From: Ignavibacteria bacterium UBA2333
GTDB taxonomy: Bacteria > Bacteroidota > Ignavibacteria > Kapaibacteriales > Kapaibacteriaceae
Length of the DNA: 64,000 bases
Direction of reading: 5' to 3'
Assembly: GCA_002344895.1 (NCBI GenBank)
Contig: DDUR01000061.1
Coordinates: 125,569 to 189,568 of the forward strand
How positions within the stretch are numbered: position 1 is the stretch's first letter; each line of letters opens with the position of its first letter. The position numbers were made by a program, and so were the translations under genes. Of this stretch, positions 35,907 to 47,832 are shown one piece after another. The notes below the pieces were generated by a model that did no database searches, was not told the origin of the DNA, and worked only from the letters and a program-made list of their open reading frames with translations.

Positions 35907-36796
35907 GTCGTTGCGCAACCGTCGCCCTCATTGGCAGGCCCAATGCCGGGAAAAGTACACTCTCCAATGCCATACTTGGTGCTCACCTCAGCATTGTCAC
36001 TCCGAAGCCCCAGACAACAAGAAAACGTGTTCTCGGAATCTTCACGGATGACGATACACAGCTCATTTTTGTTGACACTCCCGGCATTCTGAAGCCTCGG
36101 TATAAACTCCAGCATGCCATGCTGGGATACGTCCATGAATCCGTTGACGAGTCCGACATTCTCTGCGTCGTTGTGGACGTGGTAAAGGCTGCAGAGCGCG
36201 GAACGATTGACGATCCACTCATTGACACTCTGCTTGCGAAACGCCAGGGCACACCAACCATTCTGGTCCTCAACAAAATGGATGCGCTTCGCGACAAACA
36301 GCAGGCACTTGTCCTGATTGAACAGGCGCGACTTTCTGGACGCTATACCAAGGCCATTGCGATTTCGGCCTCAGAGAAAAAGTACGTTGACGATCTCGTG
36401 AGCATGCTGAAGGAATATGCTCCCGAAGGGCCGTTCGTGTACGATGCCGACGAACTCAGCACATTACCCCAACGATTCTTTGTTGCTGAACTTATCCGTG
36501 AAGCCGTGTTTACACTCTTCAGGGAAGAAGTACCCTATGCAACCGATGTGACCATAGTTGAGTTTGAAGAACGCAGCGAAGGCAAATGGTACATCGCCGC
36601 CGACATCATCGTGGAACGAGACACGCAGAAGGCCATTTTGATAGGGGCAAAAGGGGCAGCTCTCAAAACAATCGGTGAACGTGCTCGTGCTGCCATTGAA
36701 GAGCATCTGGAGCACCCTGTTTACCTGGAACTCTACGTCAAAGTGCGATCCGACTGGCGTAATGACCGTTCGCAGCTTGCCGGCCTCGGTTATTGA
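35903..36796 (+). CDS. era: GTPase Era.
   Basis: The G1 motif GRPNAGKST and G3 motif DTPG are present, and the KH-domain C-terminus ends in ...LGY. The length is 297 aa. Confidence 0.9.
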   Translation: MSRCATVALIGRPNAGKSTLSNAILGAHLSIVTPKPQTTRKRVLGIFTDDDTQLIFVDTPGILKPRYKLQHAMLGYVHESVDESDILCVVVDVVKAAERGTIDDPLIDTLLAKRQGTPTILVLNKMDALRDKQQALVLIEQARLSGRYTKAIAISASEKKYVDDLVSMLKEYAPEGPFVYDADELSTLPQRFFVAELIREAVFTLFREEVPYATDVTIVEFEERSEGKWYIAADIIVERDTQKAILIGAKGAALKTIGERARAAIEEHLEHPVYLELYVKVRSDWRNDRSQLAGLGY

Positions 36797-36839
36797 TTCC
36801 GACAATCCCTACGCCCGCCGCTCGTTAACTTTGCTCTCA

Positions 36840-37595
36840 ATGCTTCAACGCCAGGTTCTCCTCATTCTCGTAGCCGTCGCCGCGATCGGCTTGTTTTCCT
36901 CGTGTGCATCCACCGATACGTCCACGAACCAACGTACGGTTGACGATGTATTCCGCGAGGCGAAGGATGCATTTGATGACGACGATCTTCTGACGGCTCA
37001 GGGATTGTTTGACGTCATCAAACTTCAGTATCCAGCAAGTGCTTTTGCCGATGACGCACAGTACTACCTCGCAGAGATAAACTTCCGTCGTGGAGAGTTT
37101 ATCCTCGCGGCCTTTAACTATGCCCTTGTTCGTAGGTCGTATCCACAAAGCGAGTTTGCACGCGAAGCACTCTACAAGAGCGCGTTGAGTTATCATCAAC
37201 TTGCACTGCCACCAGACCGAGATCAGGACTACACAAAGAAGGCCATTGTTGCCTTTAGTGAGTTCAGCACGTTCTATCCAGCTGACTCATTAGCACTTCA
37301 GTCTGCCGAAAAGATTCGCGAATTACGTGACCGACTCGCGGAAAAATACTGGGACGTTGCTCAGCAGTATAAAATCATCGGTTCGTCAAAATCACGTCTT
37401 ATCTACCTTGACGCCATCATCGGTGAGTACCCTGAGTCAAAGTGGTACGAAGAAGCGCTCGTTGAAAAAGCTGAAATCCTCCTCAAACAACAAAAGAACG
37501 ATGAGCTGAGAGCCGTCATTGCCTTGTATCGACGTACAGTTCGAACGGGTGATTTTACAGAACGGCTTGCAGCAATTGAACGAGATATCAAATGA
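36840..37595 (+). CDS. bamD: Outer-membrane protein assembly factor BamD-like lipoprotein with TPR repeats.
   Basis: The lipoprotein signal has a Cys lipobox (LVAVAAIGLFSSC|ASTD). TPR-like repeats are present (DDAQYYLAEINFRRGEF...; SEFAREALYKSALSY...). The length is typical for BamD/YfiO. Confidence 0.65.
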   Translation: MLQRQVLLILVAVAAIGLFSSCASTDTSTNQRTVDDVFREAKDAFDDDDLLTAQGLFDVIKLQYPASAFADDAQYYLAEINFRRGEFILAAFNYALVRRSYPQSEFAREALYKSALSYHQLALPPDRDQDYTKKAIVAFSEFSTFYPADSLALQSAEKIRELRDRLAEKYWDVAQQYKIIGSSKSRLIYLDAIIGEYPESKWYEEALVEKAEILLKQQKNDELRAVIALYRRTVRTGDFTERLAAIERDIK

Positions 37596-38071
37596 AGACT
37601 CCCTCGGCCACAGAAGTCGTCATGACGGAACTTGTACTTCCGAACGACACGAACTACCTCGGCAACCTTCTCGGTGGTCGGCTGATGCACTGGATAGACA
37701 TTGCTGCCGCTCTTGCTGCAATGCGCCATTCGGGCAAGGTATGTGTCACGGCATCCGTCGACGAGATTTCGTTTAATGAGCCCATCAAACTCGGACACGT
37801 CGTGCACATCCGAGCCATGCTGACGCGGTCGTTTCGCACGTCGATGGAAGTCTTCGTTGAAGTACACCGTGAGGACCCACTTAACGGCACAACCACGCTG
37901 ACCTCACAGGCATTTCTCACCTTTGTGGCAATTGATCAGTACGGTAAACCACTTCCTGCTCCTCCACTAGATCCGGTAACAGACGAGGAGAAACACCGGT
38001 TTGAGGAAGCAGCCATTCGTCGTGAAGCTCGTCTGAAGTATCGAGAGACAATCAGAGCGCGGCGCGGATGA
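37592..38071 (+). CDS. Acyl-CoA thioesterase (hotdog fold, YciA-like).
   Basis: The sequence ...VMTELVLPNDTNYLGNLLGGRLMHWIDIAAALAA...CVTASVD... matches the hotdog thioesterase core. Confidence 0.65.
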   Translation: MKTPSATEVVMTELVLPNDTNYLGNLLGGRLMHWIDIAAALAAMRHSGKVCVTASVDEISFNEPIKLGHVVHIRAMLTRSFRTSMEVFVEVHREDPLNGTTTLTSQAFLTFVAIDQYGKPLPAPPLDPVTDEEKHRFEEAAIRREARLKYRETIRARRG

Positions 38072-39357
38072 GAGTCATCGTTCTCATCGCAGTCGTTGCT
38101 CTTGCAGCGGCGACGGGATATGCAGATGAGACAACCGTAGTCCGAATGGTGCGGACGTACGGGGGGACCGATGAACGTATGCCTCCAGTCGTCATGATTT
38201 CGAACCGGTCCACACAAACCACATCGACAATCGGCGCTGAATTCGTAACTGTTGAGTTTGACGTTCAAAGCACAACGATTCCGAATATCTATGCACGGAT
38301 TGTCCATTGTGACGCATTCTGGAATGACGACGACAATGGTTTCGTATCTGACATTACGATGCGAACGTCTCTCGCTGACTGGACACTGGCCCCACAACGG
38401 TCTCGATTCTTCTCGTATCGCGGGAAGATGCGTTTCCCGAACGAGCAGGTGAATGTGCGATTCAGCGGGAATTGGAAGGTTCGTATTTACGATATGGATG
38501 GCGACCGATTGTTGACGGAGACACGGTTCTTTGCCGTAGATGAGTCGGCGTCGATGCGTATGAACTTCATGACAGACTTTTACGAACCGCGTTATCGTGT
38601 AAGTACAACAGCTCTAACACTTGAAGCTCTTGTATCGGCTGATCCATCACGTTTACTTGATGGCATGTTGCACACCGTCGTTATCTACCGCAACAGTCGC
38701 TGGAACGAACCATTTACGATCACGACGAAGGCAGCCGACGTCGCTAATCCACCATCAAGCTCAACATCCGTTGGCGGCGTGTTGTACGGAGGGAAGGTTT
38801 TCAGAATCTCGCGAATACCAGCAGAAAACGAGTACCGAATACTTGACCTCTCGAATACAGCCAGATTCCCATCAACCGGACAGCCAATTCGACTTCCCTT
38901 AAGTGACCTGCGCCGAAATGGCAACTTTTTTCAGAGGGCGAATGATGGCGTCATGGTCACGTCGATGATATCCTCCTCTGACGACGAATACGTTCCTATT
39001 GAATTCCTTCTCGACCCAACACCCGGCGGCCCTTCAGCAGAAGATGTCTTTGTTGTTGGATCGTTTAACTCCTGGAAACCAGACCGATCATGGCAAATGT
39101 CGTGGTCTGACGAACTGCGCCTGTACCGTCTTCGACAGTGGGTTCGCCGAGGGTCACATGACTATCTCTATGGGACAGGACGTGTGAATGCAGATAGTGG
39201 CGACATCGTAAACTTGTCGTTTGAGGAGTTTGAAGGAAACACAGCGTCGGCGGGACACGGCTTCCTGGCCTTGGCCTACTATCGTGTGCTGGATTACGGC
39301 GGTTACGACGGAATTGTGGCTGTGACAACGTCAAACATTTACACGGGTTATCGGTGA
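38068..39357 (+). CDS. Hypothetical secreted protein of 429 aa.
   Basis: There is a signal peptide ([19 protein letters not shown]). I recognise no motif. Confidence 0.4.
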   Translation: MRVIVLIAVVALAAATGYADETTVVRMVRTYGGTDERMPPVVMISNRSTQTTSTIGAEFVTVEFDVQSTTIPNIYARIVHCDAFWNDDDNGFVSDITMRTSLADWTLAPQRSRFFSYRGKMRFPNEQVNVRFSGNWKVRIYDMDGDRLLTETRFFAVDESASMRMNFMTDFYEPRYRVSTTALTLEALVSADPSRLLDGMLHTVVIYRNSRWNEPFTITTKAADVANPPSSSTSVGGVLYGGKVFRISRIPAENEYRILDLSNTARFPSTGQPIRLPLSDLRRNGNFFQRANDGVMVTSMISSSDDEYVPIEFLLDPTPGGPSAEDVFVVGSFNSWKPDRSWQMSWSDELRLYRLRQWVRRGSHDYLYGTGRVNADSGDIVNLSFEEFEGNTASAGHGFLALAYYRVLDYGGYDGIVAVTTSNIYTGYR

Positions 39358-40388
39358 AGCAGCGCAAAAACGAGTCAACGACTGGAGCGAAGGTTGATGA
39401 CGACCTTGACGCTTCGTTGCGGCCAGTTTCGTTTGACGATTTTACAGGCCAGCCCAAGATTGTTGAAAATCTTAAGGTCTTTATCGCTGCTGCCAGAGGC
39501 CGCGGTGAAGCTCTCGATCACGTCCTGTTAACAGGTCCTCCAGGTCTTGGAAAAACGACACTGAGTCACATCATCGCACGATCGATGAATGCTGACATCA
39601 AGATCACGTCAGGACCCGTTCTCGAAAAGCCAGGAGACCTCGCCGGTCTACTTACGAGCCTTGACGAGGGTGATGTACTCTTCATTGATGAAATCCATCG
39701 ATTGTCTCCCGTTGTTGAAGAGTATCTCTACTCTGCAATGGAGGACTATCGACTTGACATTATGATCGACAGCGGTCCAGCCGCGCGATCCGTACAGCTT
39801 GCCCTTCCGCGGTTTACGCTGATTGGCGCAACAACTCGTCAGGGATTACTCACAGCTCCATTGCGTACACGATTTGGTATTTCCAATCGACTCGACTACT
39901 ACGATGCTGCTGATCTCGAGCGCGTCATTCTTCGCAGCGCTGCGTTATTACAGGCAGAGATTGATCGTGATGGCGCACGAGAGATTGCTGGCAGATCTCG
40001 CGGTACACCACGTATTGCGAATAGGCTGTTACGACGTACACGCGACTTTGCCGACGTGAAGGGAACAGGTATCATCACTCGCGCTATTGCGCGAATGGCA
40101 CTGGAAGCGCTTGATGTTGATGACTTCGGTCTCGATGAAATGGACAAGCGCATTCTCAGTGCACTCATCGAAAAATTTAATGGCGGACCGGTTGGCCTCG
40201 GTACGCTTGCTGTAGCCGTAGGCGAAGATGCCGGAACACTTGAAGAAGTGTACGAACCCTTCCTGATTCAACAAGGATTCCTTCAACGCACACCACGCGG
40301 ACGCACGGCAACGCCACTTGCCTATCGTCATCTTGGTATTCGCCTTGACTCGTCGGGCCTACCACTGTTTCCTCCGGAGCAACCGTAA
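39354..40388 (+). CDS. ruvB: Holliday junction branch-migration ATPase RuvB.
   Basis: The Walker A motif [13 protein letters not shown] and Walker B motif [10 protein letters not shown] are present. The length is 344 aa. Confidence 0.9.
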   Translation: MKQRKNESTTGAKVDDDLDASLRPVSFDDFTGQPKIVENLKVFIAAARGRGEALDHVLLTGPPGLGKTTLSHIIARSMNADIKITSGPVLEKPGDLAGLLTSLDEGDVLFIDEIHRLSPVVEEYLYSAMEDYRLDIMIDSGPAARSVQLALPRFTLIGATTRQGLLTAPLRTRFGISNRLDYYDAADLERVILRSAALLQAEIDRDGAREIAGRSRGTPRIANRLLRRTRDFADVKGTGIITRAIARMALEALDVDDFGLDEMDKRILSALIEKFNGGPVGLGTLAVAVGEDAGTLEEVYEPFLIQQGFLQRTPRGRTATPLAYRHLGIRLDSSGLPLFPPEQP

Positions 40389-41254
40389 TGCGTTCCTTCC
40401 TCCTTGCTCTCTTTGTTACCTGTTCGACTTCCTCTGCTGCAGTTTGGTCATCGGCGGTTCGAGACACAATCCATCGTGACAGTGTTGAGTTTCTCGGCAG
40501 TACAGGCCGAAAGACCATTGTCGTTGATCCCTTCATTGGCATGCCTACACGGCTTGTGTTAGCAACCAACGACGTACTTCAATCTATGGCTTGGTGGGCT
40601 CGCCTCGGGTTTACTCCCGTAGCACGTCCGGGTGATAAAGCTGACTCATGTATTTCATTAACTGACGGACAAATTGTCCTGTCACTCGTCAAGATCTCAC
40701 AACCCACACCGGTCCTCATGTTCCGGACACCAAAAATGTTGGGTCTCAAGGATACGCTTGAGTACTTGGGTATGACGGTGAATGTTGATGTTAAGGGACC
40801 AACCTTTGGCGAGATTCGGTTTCGTTCACCTGCAGACGTCTTTCTCGCGATTCGTAGCGAGGCAGATGAGCCCCTTTTGCCCCCTACCGGAAAAGAAAAC
40901 ATCGTCTGCGGTAAACTCACGGAGCTGAGTATCGGTACATCTTTTGCACTCGGCCGCGAACGAAAATTCTGGGAAACCATGGGTTGGCAATTCAAGCGCG
41001 GCGGTAGTGAACCGTACAACTATGCTCTGATGAGTGACGGTGTTGTAACGATCGGCATTCATGAAGAGCGGGATATCCCAACACTATCGCTGACATATTT
41101 CGCAACAGACATGGAAGATCGGATTGTCCGGCTTCGCAAGTCTGGAATCGACATTTTTGAAGAACTTCCGAGCGAAGAAGGCCGTGTGGCGAACTGCATC
41201 GTGCAGTCGCCAGAAGGTATGAGAATACAACTCTTCGAAGGCATGCAGGACTAG
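40388..41254 (+). CDS. Secreted hypothetical protein, possibly glyoxalase/VOC-fold. This is a weak call.
   Basis: There is a signal peptide ([21 protein letters not shown]). Two internal segments have a beta-alpha-beta-beta-beta-like pattern, but the resemblance is by eye only. Confidence 0.3.
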   Translation: MRSFLLALFVTCSTSSAAVWSSAVRDTIHRDSVEFLGSTGRKTIVVDPFIGMPTRLVLATNDVLQSMAWWARLGFTPVARPGDKADSCISLTDGQIVLSLVKISQPTPVLMFRTPKMLGLKDTLEYLGMTVNVDVKGPTFGEIRFRSPADVFLAIRSEADEPLLPPTGKENIVCGKLTELSIGTSFALGRERKFWETMGWQFKRGGSEPYNYALMSDGVVTIGIHEERDIPTLSLTYFATDMEDRIVRLRKSGIDIFEELPSEEGRVANCIVQSPEGMRIQLFEGMQD

Positions 41255-41273
41255 TTCGCTACTTTTGCGGACT

Positions 41274-42740
41274 ATGAGTAAGGAAATCACCCCTCGGTCC
41301 GAAGATTATTCGCAATGGTACATCGACCTTGTCCGCAAAGCGGGCTTGGCTGACTACTCAGCCGTGAAGGGCTGTATGGTCATCAAGCCGTACGGATTTG
41401 GCATCTGGGAGAACATGCGTGACACGCTTGACCGCATGTTTAAGGAAACAGGCCATGTTAATGCCTACTTCCCTCTGTTTATCCCGAAGAGTTTTCTTTC
41501 GAAGGAAGCCGCACACATCGAAGGCTTTGCGAAGGAATGTGCCGTTGTAACGCATTACCGCTTAAAAAACGCCGACGATGGAAGTGGCGTCGTTGTCGAT
41601 CCGGATGCTAAGCTCGAAGAAGAGCTCATCGTTCGTCCAACGTCAGAAACCATCATCTGGAACACCTATCGTGACTGGATCCAGTCATATCGTGATCTTC
41701 CTCTGTTGATCAATCAGTGGGCAAACGTTGTGCGATGGGAAATGCGCACACGTCTGTTCCTGCGAACGGCTGAATTCCTTTGGCAAGAAGGTCACACGGC
41801 ACACGCAACCCGCGAAGAAGCAATTGAAGAAACACGTCGTATGCTTGACGTGTACGCAACGTTTGCCGAGGATTACATGGCCTTGCCTGTGATCAAGGGC
41901 GTAAAGACGGCAAATGAACGCTTTGCTGGTGCTGTAGACACCTACTGCATTGAAGCACTGATGCAGGATGGTAAGGCTTTACAGGCGGGAACATCTCACT
42001 TCCTTGGCCAGAACTTTGCTAAAGCTTTCGACGTGACGTTCAGCACGAAGGAGAATACGCTCGAATATGTTTGGGCTACATCATGGGGTGTTTCAACTCG
42101 CCTTATGGGTGCCCTCGTTATGGCTCATTCGGATGATGATGGACTGATCGTTCCACCTCGACTTGCAACAACGCAGGTTGTCATCGTTCCGATCCCCAAA
42201 CCATCAGAAGAACTCACAACTGTTGCCAATACGATAGCAGCAGAACTCCGTTCAAAGGGTATTCGAGTAAAAATTGACACGGATGACCAGAATCGCGCTG
42301 GCTACAAGTTTGCTGAGTACGAAAAGCTGGGCATACCTGTTCGTATTGGTTTGGGTGCGCGCGATCTCGCCAATGGAGTTGTTGAAGTCGCACGTCGTGA
42401 CACAAAGGAAAAGTCGAGTATCGCTCTCGAAGGTCTTGGTGATGCTATTGCCGCCCTGCTGGATAACATTCACCAGACGATGTATCAGCGTGCCCTGACG
42501 TATCGAGATGAACACACAACGCGCGTAGACACGTGGGACGACTTCATGTCCGTTCTTGATGGTAAAGGCGGATTTGTCTCCGCTCACTGGGACGGCACAT
42601 CGGAAACCGAAGATCGTATCAAGGATCTGTCGAAGGCAACAATTCGCTGTATTCCACTTGATAATCCAACGGAGGATGGTCGGTGTATCCTAACAGGTAA
42701 TCCGTCCACGCAACGCGTCTTATTTGCGCGCGCGTACTAA
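41274..42740 (+). CDS. proS: Prolyl-tRNA synthetase of the eukaryote/archaeal-like type with no editing insertion.
   Basis: The N-terminus [46 protein letters not shown] matches this type. Class II motifs are present. The length is about 489 aa, as expected. Confidence 0.9.
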   Translation: MSKEITPRSEDYSQWYIDLVRKAGLADYSAVKGCMVIKPYGFGIWENMRDTLDRMFKETGHVNAYFPLFIPKSFLSKEAAHIEGFAKECAVVTHYRLKNADDGSGVVVDPDAKLEEELIVRPTSETIIWNTYRDWIQSYRDLPLLINQWANVVRWEMRTRLFLRTAEFLWQEGHTAHATREEAIEETRRMLDVYATFAEDYMALPVIKGVKTANERFAGAVDTYCIEALMQDGKALQAGTSHFLGQNFAKAFDVTFSTKENTLEYVWATSWGVSTRLMGALVMAHSDDDGLIVPPRLATTQVVIVPIPKPSEELTTVANTIAAELRSKGIRVKIDTDDQNRAGYKFAEYEKLGIPVRIGLGARDLANGVVEVARRDTKEKSSIALEGLGDAIAALLDNIHQTMYQRALTYRDEHTTRVDTWDDFMSVLDGKGGFVSAHWDGTSETEDRIKDLSKATIRCIPLDNPTEDGRCILTGNPSTQRVLFARAY

Positions 42741-43590
42741 CGCGAACATTCCGATGCTTGAGCTTCCGAACTGCGACATTTGGCTTGGCGAGATTGACAC
42801 CGTCAACTCTCGTATCGTTCATATTCGGAACGTCACCGACCGGCCCGGCTACGACAATCAACCCGTCTTTATCGACGACGGTAAACACATGCTCTTCACG
42901 AGTGATCGGACGGGCACAACGGACATCTACAGTTACGCTGTTGGGACTGGTACAACAACACGAGTAACGGCTACAGATGAGTCGGAGTTCTCTCCGCAGC
43001 CGATGACTGATGGCCGCAGCTTTTCCGTTGTTCGTGTTGACAACCCAACGGCCTCAGGTGACGCATATACAGCCTCACAGCACATTTGGCGATACGGCGA
43101 CGACGGCAAGGCAGTCCGACCAGTGACCACAACCAGTCGGGTTGGTTATCACGCGTGGATTGGACCTGGTCATCTTGCCCTGTTCCTGATCCCTGAGGAT
43201 AGCACGCAGCCCTTCGAGCTTGTTGTAGAGAATCTTGCCATGCGTCAACGTCAATCCATGGCAAAACATATCGGCAGGTCCATTCACCGGGCACCAGATG
43301 GCAGCCTGACGTGGGTAGACAAGGCAGATTCAACCGAGTGGTGGGTGACAATTCGGTCGATTCGAGAGGCGCAGCCGACACGACTTGTCACAACACCAAC
43401 AGGCCACGAAGACGTTGCCTGGGCACCCGATGGAACGTTATTTATGGCCGCTGATCAAGGGTTTGTGCGGTGGACACCCCGTGGCGAGCGACAAAGTTTC
43501 CCCTTGGCCGACGGTCCTAGCGGCAGGATCACGCGTCTGGCCCTCTCACCTGATGGCAAAACAATCGCCTTTGTTGTGACCGCTGAATAG
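42724..43590 (+). CDS. WD40-like PD40 (TolB-type) beta-propeller repeat protein.
   Basis: The sequences ...[28 protein letters not shown]... and ...IAFVV... follow the PD40 pattern. The start may instead be the internal Met at 42754. Confidence 0.55.
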   Translation: MRARTNANIPMLELPNCDIWLGEIDTVNSRIVHIRNVTDRPGYDNQPVFIDDGKHMLFTSDRTGTTDIYSYAVGTGTTTRVTATDESEFSPQPMTDGRSFSVVRVDNPTASGDAYTASQHIWRYGDDGKAVRPVTTTSRVGYHAWIGPGHLALFLIPEDSTQPFELVVENLAMRQRQSMAKHIGRSIHRAPDGSLTWVDKADSTEWWVTIRSIREAQPTRLVTTPTGHEDVAWAPDGTLFMAADQGFVRWTPRGERQSFPLADGPSGRITRLALSPDGKTIAFVVTAE

Positions 43591-43670
43591 TCTTTTCCTC
43601 CTCCGCCGAAGGCCTCTTCGTTATCTTTGTTGTCCGGCCGTTGTCTCGGCCAATCTCACGAAGAGCCCAC

Positions 43671-45473
43671 ATGGAAAAGTTCAGAAACTTCTGTATCATC
43701 GCCCACATTGACCACGGTAAGTCTACACTTGCCGATCGCCTTCTCGAAAAGACGGGGCGCGTCACACAACGGGAGATGGTAACCAACCAAATTCTCGACG
43801 ACAATCCTCTCGAACAGGAACGCGGTATTACGATTAAACTCCATGCTATTCAGATGGAGTATGCCGCGAAGAACGGATCTCGGTACACACTCAATCTGAT
43901 TGACACGCCGGGCCACGTTGACTTTTCCTATGAGGTGTCACGATCTCTTCATGCATGTGAAGGCGCACTCCTCGTGGTGGATGCGACGCAGGGAGTTGAG
44001 GCACAGACGATCTCGAATCTCTACATGGCCATTGAACAGGGTCTCGAGATCATTCCTGTTATCAACAAGATCGACCTCCCGAGCGCTGTCACAACGATTG
44101 AGAATGTGAAGCGTCAGGTCATCGACCTACTCGGTTGTAAGGAGGAAGAACTCATTCTCGCATCTGCCAAGGCAGGTATTGGGATTGAGGACATTCTCGA
44201 GGCAGTTGTTGACCGTATTCCTCCGCCGAAGGGAGATCCCAATGCTCCACTCCGAGCTCTTATCTATGATTCCATCTTCGATCCGTACCGTGGCGTCGTC
44301 GTAAACGTGCGCGTTTTTGATGGCACGATGAAGGAAAAGGACAAGATCCTCTTTATGGCAACGGGCCAGACATATGAGCTCGACGAAGTTGGTATCCTCT
44401 ACATGAAGCGCCATCGTACGGGCGTGATATCAGCCGGTGATGTGGGATACTTTACGGCTGCAATACGTCGGCTTCAGGATACAAAGGTTGGCGACACGGT
44501 CACAATAGCCTCAAATCCATGCGCCGCCGCCATTGAAGGGTTCCGCGAAGTAAAACCAATGGTGTTTAGCGGTATCTATCCTGCGGATAGTGACGACTTC
44601 GAAGATCTTCGTGAAGCTCTCGGAAAACTCACCCTTAACGATGCCGCTATCTCATTCGAACCAGAATCGTCCAGTGCCCTGGGATTTGGTTTCCGTTGCG
44701 GTTTCCTCGGCCTGCTCCACATGGAGATTGTCCAGGAGCGGCTTGAGCGTGAGTTTAATCAGACAATTGTTACAACGGTACCCAACGTACGTTACCGCGT
44801 CCTGCGGACAAACGGTGAAGTGTTGTGGGTCGACAATCCGGCCCAGTTACCGAGTCCAGGTGTTATCACAGAGATTCAAGAGCCCTTTATCAAGGCTCAA
44901 ATCATCGCTCCAACCGAATATGTTGGTACGATTATGAAGCTCTGTATTGAGCGTCGTGGCACGATGCTGGGAACAACATATCTCTCGGCTGACCGTGTTG
45001 ATATGTCCTTCGATTTGCCTTTAGCAGAAGTCGTGTTTGATTTCTACGACAAGCTCAAGAGTAACACTCGCGGATATGCCTCGCTTGACTACGAATATTC
45101 GGATTACAAGGCAGGAGATCTCGTTCGACTGGATATTCTTCTGAACGGTGAACAAGTTGATGCTCTGTCGAGTATCGTCCACCGTCAGAAAGCACATGAA
45201 TGGGGTAAAAAACTTACGAGTAAACTCAAGGAGCTTATTCCACGACAGATGTTCGAAGTGGCAATTCAGGCCGCCATCGGCTCAAAGATTGTTGCTCGTG
45301 ACTCGATCAGTGCCATGCGGAAAAACGTTCTGGCCAAGTGTTACGGTGGAGACATCTCACGGAAACGGAAACTCATTGAGAAGCAGAAAGAGGGTAAAAA
45401 GCGAATGAAGCAGGTAGGTCGAGTGGAGATTCCGCAAGAAGCCTTCCTCGCTGTGCTCTCTCTCGATAACTGA
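43671..45473 (+). CDS. lepA: Elongation factor 4.
   Basis: The sequence [26 protein letters not shown]... matches LepA, and the length is about 600 aa. Confidence 0.9.
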   Translation: MEKFRNFCIIAHIDHGKSTLADRLLEKTGRVTQREMVTNQILDDNPLEQERGITIKLHAIQMEYAAKNGSRYTLNLIDTPGHVDFSYEVSRSLHACEGALLVVDATQGVEAQTISNLYMAIEQGLEIIPVINKIDLPSAVTTIENVKRQVIDLLGCKEEELILASAKAGIGIEDILEAVVDRIPPPKGDPNAPLRALIYDSIFDPYRGVVVNVRVFDGTMKEKDKILFMATGQTYELDEVGILYMKRHRTGVISAGDVGYFTAAIRRLQDTKVGDTVTIASNPCAAAIEGFREVKPMVFSGIYPADSDDFEDLREALGKLTLNDAAISFEPESSSALGFGFRCGFLGLLHMEIVQERLEREFNQTIVTTVPNVRYRVLRTNGEVLWVDNPAQLPSPGVITEIQEPFIKAQIIAPTEYVGTIMKLCIERRGTMLGTTYLSADRVDMSFDLPLAEVVFDFYDKLKSNTRGYASLDYEYSDYKAGDLVRLDILLNGEQVDALSSIVHRQKAHEWGKKLTSKLKELIPRQMFEVAIQAAIGSKIVARDSISAMRKNVLAKCYGGDISRKRKLIEKQKEGKKRMKQVGRVEIPQEAFLAVLSLDN

Positions 45474-45508
45474 CAAAGTCATTCTTTCGCCCATTACCAC
45501 GTCGAACA

Positions 45509-46492
45509 ATGTCGCTCACAGATCACATATACGCTCGCATTCCTGGCTCCGTTGGCAGCTTTCTCCGTCATCGACGTGAAAAGATCAAGAATCGTAAGCC
45601 ACCTGAGACGTTTGTCGAACACATTGTTTCGTGGATTCGGACGATCGTATGGGCATTGTCCGTTGTGACCATCGTAAACGGTCTAGCTCTCGCATCGTTT
45701 ACTGTACCTACAGGCTCAATGGAGGACACGGTCCTTCCCGGTGAGTTTCTCTTCGTGAATAAACTCGTCTATGGTCCATCTACACCACAGATCATCCCGT
45801 TTGTAAACGTTGCACTTCCCTACTACAAAACGCCGCCAATCTTTCCACCGGAACAGGGCGACGTTATTGTCTTCATTTTTCCTGGAAATCGCGACGAAGT
45901 AAAACCTCTAAACTTTGAATACTACCTGAAACGCTGCGTGGCAGTTTCAGGCGACGTCCTCGAGATTCGCAATCGCAAGGTTCTTGTGAATGGTGTTGAG
46001 TATGCTCTGCCGGAAGGTGGAAAGTATCAAAGTGACACCTGGACGCCCGAAAAACGCACATTATATGAGGTTAATGACACGTATCGGACATTTCCTGTTG
46101 GTAGAGGATATACGCGCGACAATTACGGCCCTATCCGTATTCCTAAGGAAGGTGACGTTATCAAACTCGAATCTGATTCTGCCTGGCGTGAATGGGCCGT
46201 GTTTATTGCTCGTGAAGGGCACATCGTAAATGCTGTGACACGGACAATTGACGGTAGTCCTGCCACAACCTATACGGTTGAACGCGACTATGTCTTTGGC
46301 ATGGGAGACAATCGAGATAATTCTGAAGACTCCCGCTATTGGGGATTTATCCCGGAAGAAGACGTTGTTGGCACGCCGATGATCGTCTATTGGTCATGGG
46401 AAAAGGATGACGCCGTACGTGGAGTTGAGTACGGATTCTTCGACAAGATCAAACGTATTCGGTGGTCTCGCCTCGGTACGATCATTCGATAA
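45509..46492 (+). CDS. lepB: Signal peptidase I, copy 1.
   Basis: A TM anchor is present. The Ser box is SMEDTVLPGE, the Lys box is YLKRCVAVSGDVLEI, and the sequence GDNRDNSEDSRYWGFIPEEDVVG is present. Confidence 0.85.
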   Translation: MSLTDHIYARIPGSVGSFLRHRREKIKNRKPPETFVEHIVSWIRTIVWALSVVTIVNGLALASFTVPTGSMEDTVLPGEFLFVNKLVYGPSTPQIIPFVNVALPYYKTPPIFPPEQGDVIVFIFPGNRDEVKPLNFEYYLKRCVAVSGDVLEIRNRKVLVNGVEYALPEGGKYQSDTWTPEKRTLYEVNDTYRTFPVGRGYTRDNYGPIRIPKEGDVIKLESDSAWREWAVFIAREGHIVNAVTRTIDGSPATTYTVERDYVFGMGDNRDNSEDSRYWGFIPEEDVVGTPMIVYWSWEKDDAVRGVEYGFFDKIKRIRWSRLGTIIR

Positions 46493-46498
46493 ATAACC

Positions 46499-47218
46499 AT
46501 GCGTCGTCGTATCGGTGCCGCAGCTCTTGTTGTCACCCTCGTTCTCGCCGTCATCTTTGTCAGGCCTTACACCGTTCCAACGGACTCCATGTCACCTACG
46601 CTTTCACCCGGTGATGTGATTCTTGCGCTTCGCTCTGGTCCAGGCGCATCCTTTCGATGGTTTACAGTGAATCGTGGTGACGTGGTTGTGTTTCCGAATC
46701 CCGGCAAACGTGATGAGCTACACGGCGGAGATGGCGAGGCATACAGTAAACGATGTATTGCCGTCGCCGGTGATACGGTGGTGATTCGGAATTCAACGAT
46801 CTTCATCAATGGCAGTCCATTGCCATATAAACGTCCTCCCCACGATACAACTACTGTTCATAACATATGGGAATCATTTCCGCGGCATCAACAGTGGGAT
46901 AAGGGGCAATGGGGCCCCTATCGTGTTCCAGCCGCTGGAGACACCCTGATACTCGATGAAGATGGCTGGAAACGTTGGGCTGTCATCGTCGCTCGTGATG
47001 GATTCGATGTTGACGAGGAAACACGCACGGTTGATGGACGCGAGGTAACGCAGCATGTACTTCAACACGACTTCATTTTCGTTGTCGGTGATAATACTCT
47101 GAACTCCGTTGACAGCCGCGTGTGGGGTCCAATACGCGAAGATGCCGTTGAGGCCCTTCCTCTTTTCGTTTTATTCTCGACTGATTCATCTCGTCGACTT
47201 CTTCAATGGATTCGATAG
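46499..47218 (+). CDS. lepB: Signal peptidase I, copy 2.
   Basis: A TM anchor is present. The Ser box is SMSPTLSPGD, the Lys box is YSKRCIAVAGDTVVI, and the sequence GDNTLNSVDSRVWGPI is present. Confidence 0.85.
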   Translation: MRRRIGAAALVVTLVLAVIFVRPYTVPTDSMSPTLSPGDVILALRSGPGASFRWFTVNRGDVVVFPNPGKRDELHGGDGEAYSKRCIAVAGDTVVIRNSTIFINGSPLPYKRPPHDTTTVHNIWESFPRHQQWDKGQWGPYRVPAAGDTLILDEDGWKRWAVIVARDGFDVDEETRTVDGREVTQHVLQHDFIFVVGDNTLNSVDSRVWGPIREDAVEALPLFVLFSTDSSRRLLQWIR

Positions 47219-47832
47219 CGTTCGTGAAGCACACGCATGATCTGGCATCAATCACGCCGCGAGATATCCTCGTGACGTCTGCTGCCGCTATCACCGTCGC
47301 CATTCTCCTGAAGGTGTTTGTGCTCGGCGCATTTATGATTCCATCTCATTCGATGGAAAACACGCTGTTACCTGGTGACTACATCATCGTCAACAAACTC
47401 GCGTCGTGGATGGCAACAATTGAGCGAGGTGACGTTATTGTGTTTACCCTTCCCGATAGTATGGATGCTGCCGGTGCATCTGGAACGCCATTTATCAAAC
47501 GTGTGATTGGACTCGGCGGAGATACCGTACGGCTCGCATCAACGGGAATTTTTGTGAATGGTTGGCGTGTGCCCGATCCGCCACGTTCCGCGTCGGCATA
47601 TGCATTATCACACGATCCGCTGTCGAAAACGGTCACAGTCGTCGTACCAGACGGATACTATTACGTCCTTGGCGACAATCGTTCGAACTCCTGGGACAGT
47701 CGATATTGGGGATGTTTACCCGGTGATTGTCTTGAAGGCCTTCCTCTGGTTGTGTACTACAGCTACGGAACAACGGCTACAGATTCCATCCCTCACATCC
47801 GCTGGGACCGCATGATGGAGCGTATACGATGA
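47206..47832 (+). CDS. lepB: Signal peptidase I, copy 3.
   Basis: A TM anchor is present. The Ser box is SMENTLLPGD, the Lys box is FIKRVIGLGGDTVRL, and the sequence GDNRSNSWDSRYWGCLP is present. Confidence 0.85.
   Translation: MDSIAFVKHTHDLASITPRDILVTSAAAITVAILLKVFVLGAFMIPSHSMENTLLPGDYIIVNKLASWMATIERGDVIVFTLPDSMDAAGASGTPFIKRVIGLGGDTVRLASTGIFVNGWRVPDPPRSASAYALSHDPLSKTVTVVVPDGYYYVLGDNRSNSWDSRYWGCLPGDCLEGLPLVVYYSYGTTATDSIPHIRWDRMMERIR

Noticed and set aside
43590-43670. Short GC stems (CGAAG…CTTCG and GGCCG…CGGCC) between the PD40 gene and lepA, considered as a possible terminator or attenuator.
   Set aside because: The stems are only 5 bp and have no convincing U-tract, so they are too weak to call.
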